Shown one piece after another: positions 52,301-63,000 of a DNA stretch of 64,000 nucleotides (position 1 is the first letter of the stretch; every line of letters starts with the position of its first letter). The notes below the pieces were generated by a model. The model was not told where the DNA came from. It saw nothing but the letters and a program-made list of their open reading frames with translations, and did no database searches. The DNA is from an uncultured beta proteobacterium (GTDB taxonomy: Bacteria > Pseudomonadota > Gammaproteobacteria > Burkholderiales > Gallionellaceae), in contig CAWHYN010000024.1 of NCBI GenBank assembly GCA_963833515.1, forward strand, positions 114,759 to 178,758, in the 5' to 3' direction. A program made the position numbers and the translations under genes.

Positions 52301-52921
52301 GCGGGCGCGATGAGCGAATACCAATTTGTCGTCTATCATTTCACGCACCACTTCAACGGGCACCTGTTCGACCTTGGCCACTTCGTGAGAAGTTCGGAAA
52401 CCGTCAAAAAAATGCACGATCGGCAGGCGCGCCTCCAGCGTCGCTGCCTGGGCGATAAGCGCCAGGTCCATTGCCTCCTGCACGGAATTGGAGGCAAGAA
52501 AGGCAAAGCCGGTCGAACGCGCCGACATCACGTCACTGTGGTCACCGAAGATCGACAGGCCTTGTGCTGCCAGCGAACGCGACGCCACATGCATAACGAA
52601 CGGCGTGAGTTCGCCGGCAATCTTATACATATTGGGGATCATCAGCAGCAAGCCCTGAGATGCCGTAAACGTAGTCGCCAGGGAACCTGTTTGCAAAGCG
52701 CCGTGAATCGTCCCGGCTGCTCCACCCTCGCTCTGCATCTCGACAATTTCGGGAATGGTACCCCAAAGATTCTTGAGGCCCTGGGAAGACCATGTTTCGG
52801 AATACTCACCCATGGGCGAAGAAGGAGTGATCGGATAAATCGCAATCACCTCATTGGTCATGTGGGCGATATAGGCAACGGCCTCGTTACCGTCGATAGT
52901 TACCATCTGAGCATTAGCCAT
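49322..52921 (-). CDS. nifJ: Pyruvate:ferredoxin (flavodoxin) oxidoreductase
   Basis: DGNEAVA, YPITPSS, MQSEGGAAG, 2x[4Fe-4S] motifs CIHCGKCPFVCP and CTGCTLCVDICP, GGDGWAYDIG; 1199 aa. Confidence 0.96.
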   Translation of the reverse strand: MANAQMVTIDGNEAVAYIAHMTNEVIAIYPITPSSPMGEYSETWSSQGLKNLWGTIPEIVEMQSEGGAAGTIHGALQTGSLATTFTASQGLLLMIPNMYKIAGELTPFVMHVASRSLAAQGLSIFGDHSDVMSARSTGFAFLASNSVQEAMDLALIAQAATLEARLPIVHFFDGFRTSHEVAKVEQVPVEVVREMIDDKLVFAHRARAMTPDHPFIRGTSQNPDVYFQARESVNPFYQRMPEIIQRAMDKFAGLTGRQYHLYEYAGARDAERVIILMGSGAEAVEEVVDHINHHDEKVGVVKVRLFRPFAADKLLNVIPATVKRVAVLDRTKEPGADGEPLYKDVVTGLCQAFASGETRFASLPRVVGGRYGLSSKEFTPGMIKGVFDELKKDQPKNHFTIGIDDDLSHTSLKWDANFRTEANHGVMRCMFYGLGSDGTVGANKNTIKIMGEETDLYGQGYFVYDSKKAGAATISHLRFSDKPIHSPYLIGNDEANFIGCHQPIFLDRYEMLDSAAVGAVFLVNTPTAPDKVWDVLTRKMQQQIIAKGIEVYVIDAYAIARQTAMGSRINTIMQTCFFVISGVLPRDVAIEKIKRAAEKSYIKKGRAVVEANWNAIDETIANLHKVFVPAVASSTHEMPDAVPSFAPEFVRKITAEIMSGRGDRLPVSALPNDGTWPSGTAMWDKRNLAQEIPVWDEDLCIHCGKCPFVCPHSAIRSKLFPANMANDAPPAFKHIQVKGKDFEQGLHISYQVAPEDCTGCTLCVDICPAVSKVDGHKALEMRPAAALREQERKNFEFFLTLPEFDRTQLRTTTIKGAMMMQPLFEFPSACVGCGETSYIRLATQLFGDRMIVANATGCSSIYGGNLPTTPYCKNAEGRGPAWSNSLFEDNAEFGLGFRVSIDKHAEHGGELLEQLKDEVGAELTDAILTADQTTEAGIFQQRERVEKLRNKLAGIDSAVARQLESLAEYLVKKSVWIIGGDGWAYDIGFGGLDHVISTGRNVNILVLDTEVYSNTGGQMSKATPRGAIAKFAAGGKHTGKKDLAQIAMSYGHVYVAHVAYGAKDTHTLRTFLEAESYDGPSLIIAYSPCGEHGYDLSKQHEQQELAVKSGHWPLFRYDPRREEEGQNPLLLDSQRPSVPYREFIKNEPRFRGLLREMDDDGGEVQAFYENDLRKHFALYERLAEGSGNEIKTDTKKPAE

Positions 52922-53501
52922 CGAACACCTCCGACATAATTCAATCTAGAAGTCAACATTAACAGCATATACCTATTCGAATTTCCATGCTCGCACAAGC
53001 ACCGCACATTCGAAGCCGGCTGTTCAGTCTCAATTGGACCGCAACAGCTGATAAGATGATCGCTGTCTTCTATTGGGACCGCGCTGAAATGCAGTCATTT
53101 CAATAAGGCTCGAAAAAGTACCGGAGATGGGTGATACGTGAACAAGTACCCACGCGGGTCTGGAAACGCTCTAAGGCCTTCAATTTGTCAAGAAATGCTC
53201 CATTTAGATCAATCTTTCACCACAGCCATGCTCGCGATAGGAGATCTCGCCACCATTTTTCTCACGCTTAAATAGTGTTTGAAGCAGAGGCTTGGCGGGC
53301 GGGAATGGGTCGGTTTGAACGATTCGACTGACGTCGAACATCAGTTTGCCGGCCTCGATTTTGCGGTTAGTGTCGGACAGTGGCCGAGGTAGGCGCCGAC
53401 CCCTTTCAAACGGTCAGAAGGTGCTGCGCATCCCGTCGCGTTGGAGCACTTCTGATAAGATGTATCAACATGAAACGGAAGCCATGTTCATTGGCATGCC
53501 T

Positions 53502-53858
53502 ATGAGCGATGCATTTTCCTGTGACGTAGAAGAGGCAAGTTTCGACGATATAGTCGTCGCTCGTTCCCATGTGTTACCGGTCTTGCTGGACATTGGTGCC
53601 GATTGGTGTGCTCCTTGCAACGCGCTTACTCCTAAGCTTGAAAGACTTGCACGGGAATATGGGGGAAGGTTCTTGTTGGCCAAACTGGATGCCGACGACA
53701 ACATGCGCATCGCCGGACGCCACCATGTGCGCGGCTTCCCGACCGTTATCGCCTATAGTCACGGACGAGAAATAGATCGTTTTCAGGGGGCGCAGCCAGA
53801 TAGCTTCCTGCGTAAGCTGATTAACAGATTAATAGAACATCATCAATCCGCGGCATGA
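53502..53858 (+). CDS. Thioredoxin
   Basis: ADWCAPC, VRGFPT; start chosen at MSDAF. Confidence 0.88.
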   Translation: MSDAFSCDVEEASFDDIVVARSHVLPVLLDIGADWCAPCNALTPKLERLAREYGGRFLLAKLDADDNMRIAGRHHVRGFPTVIAYSHGREIDRFQGAQPDSFLRKLINRLIEHHQSAA

Positions 53859-53929
53859 GTGGATCTGTGCGCATCGCAAAAAGCGGTTACACGATATCGT
53901 TCGGCTCGCCAGGTTCTGGTGGTGGTTGT

Positions 53930-54403
53930 CTAGCAGGTTGATTTTGGTTTTCGCTGCTCCGGTCGCAGTCGCGGCGCAAGCAACACATCCCCCGTATCCG
54001 GATCAATCGCCTCTCCGTGCGCATTCGTCAAGGGTTGCTCATAATCGTTCCAGCCACGCACTCCGGTTTTAAGCGAAACTACATTGGTAAACCCCATCCG
54101 CAACAACGTGTCAGCTGCCAGCACCGAGCGCTTTCCCGACCTGCAGATGACCACGATCTCCTGCGTTCTCCCACTAGCCAGTTCAGGCACGGTCTCGTCG
54201 TAATCCCATTCGCAAGCTTGCTCCAGTACCCCGCGCGGAACGTTGATTGAGTGGGGGATGCAAAGCATCGCAAACTCAACGGCTTCACGCACATCGAGGA
54301 GGATCGGCTCGTTTCCGGCAGCTAACGAGCGGCTCAAATCCCACGGCATGATCTCTTTCACGCGTGTAAGTGATTCGGCAAGCAAGTCCTCGTAGCGTTC
54401 CAT
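53930..54403 (-). CDS. Rhodanese-like domain protein
   Basis: LLDVRE, SINVPRGVLE, VICRSGKRS active-site loop. Confidence 0.9.
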   Translation of the reverse strand: MERYEDLLAESLTRVKEIMPWDLSRSLAAGNEPILLDVREAVEFAMLCIPHSINVPRGVLEQACEWDYDETVPELASGRTQEIVVICRSGKRSVLAADTLLRMGFTNVVSLKTGVRGWNDYEQPLTNAHGEAIDPDTGDVLLAPRLRPEQRKPKSTC

Positions 54404-54726
54404 TTTCTATAGTCCCCTCTTAGCTTGAAGTTATGGCGTATGCCCAGAAGTGGCAATGCACGAACGAGCTATCCAGCTACCCCTCTCTCAGCCTGACACA
54501 TGACACCGCTATGTTGGACCGATGATGCGGCTGCGGCTTTAAATAGGGCATTGTGGGTCTTCTGGCAGTCAATGCCGCTCAATACTGCATTTCGCGAAGG
54601 GGCGTTCTCAAACACCTGGTCGTTCTCGAGGAAGACATTATTTGGAGTGAAAAAGCCAGCCTTGAAGATCATCGACCTTGCCTCGTCACAGATATGCAAA
54701 ATGCCCTTACAATAAAGCGATCGACA

Positions 54727-55767
54727 TCAGCGGGCCGCGGCCTTGGCCAGAGCTTCCAAATTTGTTTCGGCGTTGACAGGATTCTCACTCCATGTCGCGA
54801 GCAAGCGCTGGGCAGTGCTTAACCAGTGCGCGCTTCCCGCATTGACAGTGTCCTCTAACAGGTCCCAATCGCCGCTCTTTAGCCAGCCCTCATAGGCATC
54901 TGTCAAGCTTGGAAAGAGACTCCGCCGCAGGCCGTCAAAATTGGCAAAGTAAAAGTGCAGCGAGCACGTTTTTCGGCGCACAATTAGTTCAGGAAGTGTG
55001 GAAAGGCAATCCGCAAGGTTGTCCCGAACTGCGCGCGCCAGCGCTTCGTGGCGCCTCAGCCTGAATGATGACAACATTTCACGCCAAGCGTTACCGAGTA
55101 AAGGTTCAGCCATTGCCTCGCCCAGTTCGTGCAGGATCAGCGTCTGGCTCTCCTGTTGTGCGATGACATCCAGTCTTTCCTCAGCGCTTTCCGCGGCACC
55201 GTAGCAATCCAGCGCGGCCTTGAGGGCACCATCGGTCTTGCTCAAACCCCAAATCTCGATTTTCTCCCACAGCCAGCGCCGCATGGCCTCCATACGCAGG
55301 AAAACCGTGTTGCGGGTCATTGCTGCCGGTGGGGCCGCCATATCGCGCGCATACTCCTGCCCGGATACTAGTATTGCAAGACCGGAACGGTCTTCACTGC
55401 GGACCAATTGCGCAAGAAAGAAATGTGGTTTACCCCAGCGGCCATAGCCGCTGCCGTAGACCAAACCATGTTCCTTAAGCGCGTGGTTGATGCCTGCGGT
55501 ATCGAAAGGATCATATTCGACTCCATCGACCGTGATTGAACGGTAATCATTTGCCTCTATTTCATTCCATTTCCCCTCGCGCTTGGACAACCATGGACCA
55601 ATCTCCGTCTTTTTCAAGGCCTGTGCAAAAGGTATCTGTTGCTCCCACCGGTAAAAGTCGCGCATGGCCAGCAGGTAGCTGCACATGTTCATCTGCCGGG
55701 CGTGACGCGCATCGGAAATATCACAGTTTGTTTGCACTGCCGCTATGGTAAGTTGAAGATTGAACAT
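54727..55767 (-). CDS. Conserved hypothetical protein (Sfum_1244-like family, by recall)
   Basis: VQTNCDISDARHA..CSYLLAMRDFYRWE, GKPHFFLA, LILHELGE, LHFYFANFDGLR. Confidence 0.7.
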   Translation of the reverse strand: MFNLQLTIAAVQTNCDISDARHARQMNMCSYLLAMRDFYRWEQQIPFAQALKKTEIGPWLSKREGKWNEIEANDYRSITVDGVEYDPFDTAGINHALKEHGLVYGSGYGRWGKPHFFLAQLVRSEDRSGLAILVSGQEYARDMAAPPAAMTRNTVFLRMEAMRRWLWEKIEIWGLSKTDGALKAALDCYGAAESAEERLDVIAQQESQTLILHELGEAMAEPLLGNAWREMLSSFRLRRHEALARAVRDNLADCLSTLPELIVRRKTCSLHFYFANFDGLRRSLFPSLTDAYEGWLKSGDWDLLEDTVNAGSAHWLSTAQRLLATWSENPVNAETNLEALAKAAAR

Positions 55768-55774
55768 GCTCTAT

Positions 55775-55800
55775 TTTCCGTAACGCCTTTCCGTAACGCC
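55775..55800. repeat. Perfect 13-bp tandem duplication (tttccgtaacgcc x2)
   Basis: Read directly; ends 8 nt upstream of the ATG at 55767 (minus strand). Confidence 0.9.
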
Positions 55801-56894
55801 GTTTGCGAATTTTGAAGGACGCCATTGATTACACAATTTGCGAATCGGGAAGTCTTTCGAGATTATCGAACTTTCGGTCGGCTGCATCAACGAGGTTGAA
55901 CATATCAGAAATCCGCTGCTCGGTATGCATCCGGGGTTAGTTTCGAGGTTCAGTCATTGCTCCAACCTTTTCACGTTCAGCTACTGTGGATCCGCTTCCG
56001 GCATCAAGCGGGCTAGCCCTGGCGTCCATCCGCTCCCGGCCGCGATGTACGTGGCACCACCATGTTCCGAAATTTTCATACGCGATATACTGATTCATCA
56101 TGTGCGATTTGACGTTCAAATTGGATGGTAACCATGAAGATTAGTCAAGTCCCAAAGGGATTTTTGGCCGACCGCAGGCAATTCCGATAGAGGCCTGAGA
56201 TGCGTGAACCGGCAAATCTGCCCACAAAAAGGCGAAGGACTTGCAAGGACGCCAGGATCCGTCTATGGAAGGTGGTGCTGGCCCTTTCACCACGACTCTT
56301 GCTTTAGCAGGTCCGCCAGATCGTTCCGGCTAGGAACAAGAGATGAAGTCGTACAAATATTTCGATAAACGGGCAAATAATCACTAATTGGAATGGCCGC
56401 AACATCCTGGAAGCCGAGACTTGATTCGCGGGATGCCTGCCAATTCTCAGAGGAAAGCCATGATTTTTCCGATTTGCGCCTAAGTTCCTGGATCCGAGTT
56501 ATGGAAATTATTGCATTTCAGGCTGCATGTTTCGGCAATTAATGCACTAGAATCAACAAAACCCGCAGACTTTTTTCATTTGCCCCGTCTGCGCAACCGA
56601 TAGGAAACGTGACTTGGAACTCCGTGCCGGTGGTTGCCGATCACCTGGCAGTCCATTTCGTAGATATATGACGATCACGGAAAACAAAGGCCGTCGGGCA
56701 GGTGTAAAACCTGAGGAGACGAAGCGGGCGCGGACGTTCGGTGCGAGCGACCAAGGATGGCAAACATCTAACAGACTTGAGCGCCTTGGACGAGCCCATG
56801 AAAATTCCAGGAACCGTCGAACGCTTGATGACCCGCCGCGATACAGGATTGGTGGAAAGGCCACAGCAGAAATTAACAGGGGGAGCCTCAAATC

Positions 56895-59066
56895 ATGAAA
56901 ATCAATTTACCCGTTACCAATACGGAGTACGTTCTCAAGGATACGGATTCCATCGTTTCCATGACCGATGACAAAGGGATCATCACCCATGTCAACGAGA
57001 ATTTCCTTCGCGTCAGCGGCTTTACCCGGAACGAATTGATTGGTACCTCGCATAATATTGTACGCCATCCCGATATGCCGCCGGAAGCATTCGCGGATCT
57101 GTGGAACTCGATGAAAGCGGGTCGTCCATGGACCGGGATTGTAAAGAATCGCCGCAAGAATGGCGATTTCTACTGGGTGCATGCGAATGTGACACCAACC
57201 ATGAAAAACGGAAAACTGGTTAGCTGCATGTCTGTCCGCACCAAGCCCAGCCGTGCACAGATTCAAGCCGCTGACGCGGCGTACCGGTTGTTCCGCGAAG
57301 GCAAAGCCGGAAAACTGAAATTCAAGGATGGAAAGATTGTCAATTCCGCCGTTAGTTCTATTTTAAAGGCAGATGGAAACATGTCACTGGCTAACATGAA
57401 AGTGTGGATGCGTCTGTTCCTCGGATTCGGAACCACAATTATTTTGACGGCTATTGTTGCCTTCATCGGCTTTAACGCGACACAACGACTTTCCGCCAGT
57501 ATCGAGACCATAAACGGAAACGGCGTGCGGGCATTGCAGAGCCTGGCAGAAGTGCAGAACGCCTTGTGGGAACTGCGCTATGGTGTTTCTCAGTACATCG
57601 CTGTTCCAACGCCGGAATCACGGCAGAAGATCATCGCGGATAGCCCAAAGTTGTTCGATGCGCTGGATCATGGCTTGCAACAATTTGGCTCGAGTGACAT
57701 GACACCAGCGTCATTGGCTGCATTGGCTGCATTCAAGGATGCGTATTCCGAATACAAGGCCAAACGGCCCGGGTGGTTCGATCTAATGGAAGCTGGCAAA
57801 TTCGATGAAGCGGCTGAGTATCGTGCCAAGACAATCCTCGTTTCGGGTGCCGCTACGGTGCGGACACTGCGTACGTTGGTCGATGTCCAAACACGCGCCA
57901 TCGCAGACATTGAGAAGTCGGCCCGCGCAACTGTGGCGAGCGCTGCCGCGTGGATTGCCGGCGTGACGATCATTTCACTGCTGTTGGCGGTCCTGGCCGG
58001 TGTGTGGATCACCCTCTCAATTACCCGTCCCCTGCAACAAGCCGTCACAATGGTAAGTGCGGTTGCGCACGGCGACCTCAGCTCCAAAGTCGAGGTGAAA
58101 TCCAAGGATGAGATCGGACTTTTGCTGCGAGTCCTGAAAGACATGAACGACAATCTCGCCAGTATCGTTGGCGACGTGCGCAGTTCCAGTGAGACCATCA
58201 CCTCGGCTGCCAAACAGATTGCGGCGGGCAGCATCGATTTGTCGCAGCGGACTTCGGAACAAGCCTCCAGCCTGGAGGAAACTGCCTCCAGCATGGAAGG
58301 GTTGACTTCAACTGTGAAACGGAACGCTGAGAACGCGAAACAGGCTAACCACTTGGCGGTCAACGCTTCTGACGTCGCAGTCAAGGGCGGTCATGCCGTG
58401 AATGTGGTAGTGCAGACAATGGCTTCGATCAGCACAAGCGCAAAGAAGATCGTTGACATCATCAGCGTCATCGAAGGCATCGCATTCCAGACCAACATTC
58501 TGGCGCTTAACGCCGCAGTCGAAGCGGCGCGTGCTGGCGAACAGGGACGCGGCTTTGCCGTGGTAGCCGCCGAGGTTCGGAATCTCGCGCAGCGCTCTGC
58601 CGCAGCAGCCAAGGAAATCAAAACCCTGATTGACGACTCCGTAAACAAAGTGGACATCGGCGCCAAGCAAGTCGATGAGGCTGGGGCGACCATGGATGAG
58701 ATTGTTACTGCGGTAAGGAGGGTCACGGACATTATGTCTGAAATCGCAGCCGCATCCAACGAGCAGAGTGCAGGCATCGAACAGGTCAACAGGGCAATTA
58801 CCCAGATGGATGAAGTGACGCAGCAGAACGCGGCATTGGTGGAAGAGGCGGCTGCCGCCGCCGGGTCAATGCAGGAACAAGCCAGTTCCCTAACAGACGC
58901 AGTGAGCGTATTCAATTTGGGCGCTCGTCGCGGAGACACGCGAACACCCGCCGCTATACCCGTCGCTACGGTCCCCGTCGCCCATCGCGCGCCGGCACCG
59001 TTCACGCAAGTGCGCAAGCTGCCCAAAGCCAAAGAAGACGCCGGCGATGACTGGAAGGAATTCTAG
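56895..59066 (+). CDS. Chemoreceptor: Aer-type PAS + TM/periplasmic four-helix sensor + HAMP + MCP signal domain
   Basis: [28 protein letters not shown]; two TM segments; [18 protein letters not shown]; C-terminal DWKEF. Confidence 0.92.
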   Translation: MKINLPVTNTEYVLKDTDSIVSMTDDKGIITHVNENFLRVSGFTRNELIGTSHNIVRHPDMPPEAFADLWNSMKAGRPWTGIVKNRRKNGDFYWVHANVTPTMKNGKLVSCMSVRTKPSRAQIQAADAAYRLFREGKAGKLKFKDGKIVNSAVSSILKADGNMSLANMKVWMRLFLGFGTTIILTAIVAFIGFNATQRLSASIETINGNGVRALQSLAEVQNALWELRYGVSQYIAVPTPESRQKIIADSPKLFDALDHGLQQFGSSDMTPASLAALAAFKDAYSEYKAKRPGWFDLMEAGKFDEAAEYRAKTILVSGAATVRTLRTLVDVQTRAIADIEKSARATVASAAAWIAGVTIISLLLAVLAGVWITLSITRPLQQAVTMVSAVAHGDLSSKVEVKSKDEIGLLLRVLKDMNDNLASIVGDVRSSSETITSAAKQIAAGSIDLSQRTSEQASSLEETASSMEGLTSTVKRNAENAKQANHLAVNASDVAVKGGHAVNVVVQTMASISTSAKKIVDIISVIEGIAFQTNILALNAAVEAARAGEQGRGFAVVAAEVRNLAQRSAAAAKEIKTLIDDSVNKVDIGAKQVDEAGATMDEIVTAVRRVTDIMSEIAAASNEQSAGIEQVNRAITQMDEVTQQNAALVEEAAAAAGSMQEQASSLTDAVSVFNLGARRGDTRTPAAIPVATVPVAHRAPAPFTQVRKLPKAKEDAGDDWKEF

Positions 59067-59785
59067 ATGGATTCGGCAGCTGCCGCCTAACCCGTGTGCA
59101 TGCGAGTCTGGAATCTCGAGTGACCCATATGACGCATTCCGAGATATATCCTTCGTCGGCAAGACGAGGGAGCGGCTGCAGTCTCTTTTCGGATGATTTT
59201 GCAGACCGAAGGTCTGTCTGTGGAGCATGGTGGAATCCGCTAAAGACTGTCTCGTGCCCTTTTCGCGCTTAAAGCGCTGGTCCTGAATCAGGTTTTGGTT
59301 CGTGCGGTCCTACCTGTTTTGCCGTCACACGGACTTCCCAAGCTGGGCGACTTGCATGTCGGTCCACCCTTCTTCATTGGTCTTCCTCGTCATGCTGGCA
59401 CTATGCCTACACCAGCCCTTTTTGTCGCTGACGATGGTCCGAACGGACCTCCCGCGCAGTGCGTAGCATCGGCTAGGCCGGGGCAAAAATAGCCATGTTC
59501 GTTGGTCGTTCATGAAGCAGCGCTTTGCTCCATCCACCCGTGTCGTTGGCCTTGAACATCACCTTCCTGGTTCCATGGACCGGCAAGATGCGCAGGTGCT
59601 GGAAAACTCATCGCGTCGTAAGCGCAGCTGGCGCATCTGCGCGACCCGGAACCTGACCGGGCATCGGCGGATTCGGCACAGCGCCGGCCGATGGAAATGC
59701 AGACAAAGGATTTCAAGTTGTTTAGCGGACGGGGTGGCACCGGGACCTACCATTTCAGGTGGACTGGTAGCGTTTACATTAGGCC

Positions 59786-59814
59786 AAAAAAAACGGCTTG
59801 CGGGGCGCACGCCG
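59786..59814 (-). terminator. Intrinsic terminator CGGCGTGCGCCCCGCAAGCCG-T8
   Basis: 8 of 9 stem positions pair, followed by 8 T on the minus strand. Confidence 0.75.
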
Positions 59815-59840
59815 AGGAGGGAACAAGTTAAATATCTATT
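59786..59840 (-). ncRNA. Candidate ~55-nt small RNA with an anti-SD seed
   Basis: Lies between a consensus-like promoter and a terminator, has no ORF, and contains UUGUUCCCUCCU. Confidence 0.45.
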
Positions 59841-59846
59841 GATATA

Positions 59847-59874
59847 ATAATATACTAATATTTCGGGGTGTCAA
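59847..59874 (-). promoter_or_regulatory. Sigma70-like promoter TTGACA-N16-TATTAT
   Basis: Perfect -35 and 5/6 -10 in an AT-rich patch. Confidence 0.6.
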
Positions 59875-60025
59875 GCTGTAATTTTGCTACTCAGGGCGCT
59901 TTGCAAACCCGGGGACCTTGAAGATACTTTTGGATACTCGACTTGATGGAGTTCTCGTTTGTGCGGCCGGTTCTTGGGACCGCCGCAGAGGGCATGTCTG
60001 CGGATCTTGTAATGTTTGGCAAGCT

Positions 60026-63000
60026 TTATGGTGATTTGCCAAGTGATTGCTCAAACTGATCCAATGGTACTGGCCTGCCAAACAAATACCCCTGGAAGGC
60101 ATGACAACCGCGCATTTCGAGAAACTCCTGTTGCGCCTCTGTTTCAACCCCTTCCGCAATAACATTTAATCCCAAGGTTTCGGTCATCGCGATAATGGTT
60201 TGAACGATGGAAGCGTCGTTGGGGTCAGTGGCTATATCGCGCACAAAGGATCGATCGATTTTAATCAGGTCCAGCGGTAGCCGCTTCAGGTATTGCAAGG
60301 AAGAGTAGCCAGTTCCGAAGTCATCCATAGAGAAGCTGACACCCAATGCTTTTATGTCACGCATTTTGCTGATGGTGTCCTCGACATTTTCCAGCACGGT
60401 GCTTTCGGTCAATTCCAGCTTGAGGCGCGAGGGCTTCGCGCCACTTTCCAGCAATACGCGCTGCACTTGGCCGACGAAGTCAGCCTGACGGAATTGTCTG
60501 GCACTGACATTCACTGCCAGCGTGAGGTCTCGGGTGAGCGCGTCATTCTGCCATTCCCTAAGTTGCATGCAGGCGGATTGCAATACCCATAAACCGATCG
60601 GCACAATCAGCCCGGTTTCTTCGGCTAACGGAATAAATTTCATCGGAAGAATGAGACCGTGCTCGGGATGATCCCAGCGCAACAGCACCTCCCCGCCTAG
60701 CGGGCGCCGCTGGCTATCCACCTGGACCTGGTAATACAGGAGGAACTGTTGATCTTTGAGTGCATGTCGAAGATCCGCTTCCAATGCGGCACGCGCTTCC
60801 AACGCCGTTTGCATCTGCGGATCAAAGAAGCGAATCGCATTGCGCCCTGATGCCTTGGACTGGTACATGGCAACATCGGCATGCATGAGCAAATCATCCG
60901 CGCTTTTCAGGTGGCCGCGAAACAGGGTAATCCCGATGCTAACCGTGTATAGTCCTTCGTAATCATGCAACCTGTAAGGTTGGCCAAGCTCGCTGCGAAT
61001 TTTTTCTGCGACCAGCTCGGTTTGGCTGGCTGCCTCGTCGGCATTGGCGCTCAGGTCTTCCAATACCACTACAAATTCGTCACCGCCCAGCCTGGCTACG
61101 CTATCACCCTCACGCACACAAGTCTGCAAGCGCCGTGCTGCCTCAATCAACAGCTGATCGCCCATTGCATGGCCTTGCGTGTCATTGATCGTCTTGAAGT
61201 GATCCAAATCGAGAAACAGCAGAGCGCCATGCCGGCCATTGCGCATGCCGACCGCCATCGCTTGCTGCAAGCGATCCATCAATAACCGGCGGTTCGGCAG
61301 CGTGGTCAGCGAATCGTAGAAGGCCAGCTGATTGATCTCCTGTTCCGACTGCTTGCGATTGCTGATGTCGCGGAACACAGCGACATAGTGTGTCATCCTA
61401 TGATTGTCATCGTAAACAGCCGTGATGGTCATCAACTTCGGATAGATACTGCCATCTTTGCGCCTATCCCAGACTTCTCCAGACCATTTCCCGGTATTGA
61501 GTAGCGCTGACCACATGGCTTGGTAGAACGCCAAATCGTGCCGACCAGACTGGAAGATTCGCGGATTTTGCCCAACGACCTCGGCCGCACTGTAGCCTGT
61601 TATATTCTGGAAGGCCTGATTTACACGCAATATTCTCGCATCAGGACTAGTAATCAGAATGGCTTCCTGAGTTTCGAACGTAACAGCTGCTATACGCATC
61701 GCATCTTCGGCTTGTTTGCGCTCACCCAAGAGCGCGAATCGTGTTAGCGCATAAGAAATGTCGGTCGCCATGCCTTCCAGCAAGTTACGTGCGGCTTCAT
61801 CAAAGGCCTCGGTCGCGAAGGCATGCAGCACGAGAGCTCCGATGACCTCGCCATTGCTGTGCAGCGGCAGGGAAGCAACACTAGCCCATCCATAACGTCC
61901 GCCGCGCTCGTGGTAAGGGGCGAGACGCGGTTCCTTCTGAAAATCCTGGATCCACACTGGCCGGTCCTCGAGAATAGCCACCCCGGTTGTCCCACGCCTG
62001 GAATGGTCGTCTGGATTCACCGAAATTTGAATGTCCTCCAGATAATCCGTGCCAATGCCATAACAAGCGGTCGGCTTAACCATGCGATTTGCTTGATCCA
62101 CCAAACCTATCCATGCCATCTTGAATCCGCCAAACTTGACCGCATCGTGGCAGACTTGTTCGAACAACTCGGCATCGCCGTTGCAGCGCAAGATAGCCTG
62201 ATTGCATTTGTTCAGCGCGGAATAAAGATTGATCAATCGCTGAATCTTGGTCTCGCCGGCCTTGCGTTCGGTGATGTCACGAAAATTGCCCAAAAGATAA
62301 TCCACGCCGCCAAAATTGACGTGCGCAGACTTAACATCGGCATAGAAGACAGAGCCATCCTTGCGCTTGACCGGTATGTCCGTTGCAAGTTGAATTTCGC
62401 CGTGGAAAATCTTGCCAAACGTTTCAATGACATGGGACAGATCCTGCTCCCGGTGAAAATCCCGCACGCCAAGCTGGGTGAGTTCCTCTGGGCTGTACCC
62501 GATCATGCTAGAGAACGCCGGATTGCTGGTGACATGCCGCATTGTCTTTGCGTTCACCAACACGATTCCGTCCAGCGTTCCCTCATAAATGCCACGGAGT
62601 GTTGCTTCCGACTCGTGCAACAGCGCTTCCGTGCGCTTGCGCTCTGTTATGTCGGTCAGCACGATGCGCATCTCCGGTGCCTTGCCTTTTTTTGACAGCA
62701 GAAGACAATCCAATTGCGCATTGAAGATCGAACCGTCTCCGCTCTTGAACGCCAGTTCGCAACTTTGCTTGTTATCACGTCTAAATATGTCGACGAAATA
62801 ATGGTGCCAGCGGTCGCTGTCTCGTGGCACGACGAAGCGCGCGAGACGCTGCCGTAGCAGTTCAGCCCGTTCCATTCCAAGCAGGGCGGCACCCGTGAGG
62901 TTGATTTCGGAGATCAGTCCCTTGTCGGTGAGGGTGAGATAACCGACAGGGGCGAAGTCATAGAAATCGATATATTGATCACGCGACTTTTCAAGGGATA

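Noticed and set aside
38217-59204. 15-mer CGGATGATTTTGCAG shared by 38217-38231 (minus) and 59190-59204 (plus)
   Set aside because: A few chance 15-mer matches are expected in 64 kb of two-strand comparison.
59067-59780. Short ORFs downstream of the strong minus-strand promoter
   Set aside because: A terminator intervenes, and the frames are stop-riddled with no recognisable product.
7207-62801. Many other antisense or alternate-frame ORFs (e.g. 7762..8547, 10290..11096, 11425..12585, 32321..33181, 48087..48815, 51869..52939, 61823..62695)
   Set aside because: They fully overlap well-supported genes on the other strand and carry no recognisable motifs.
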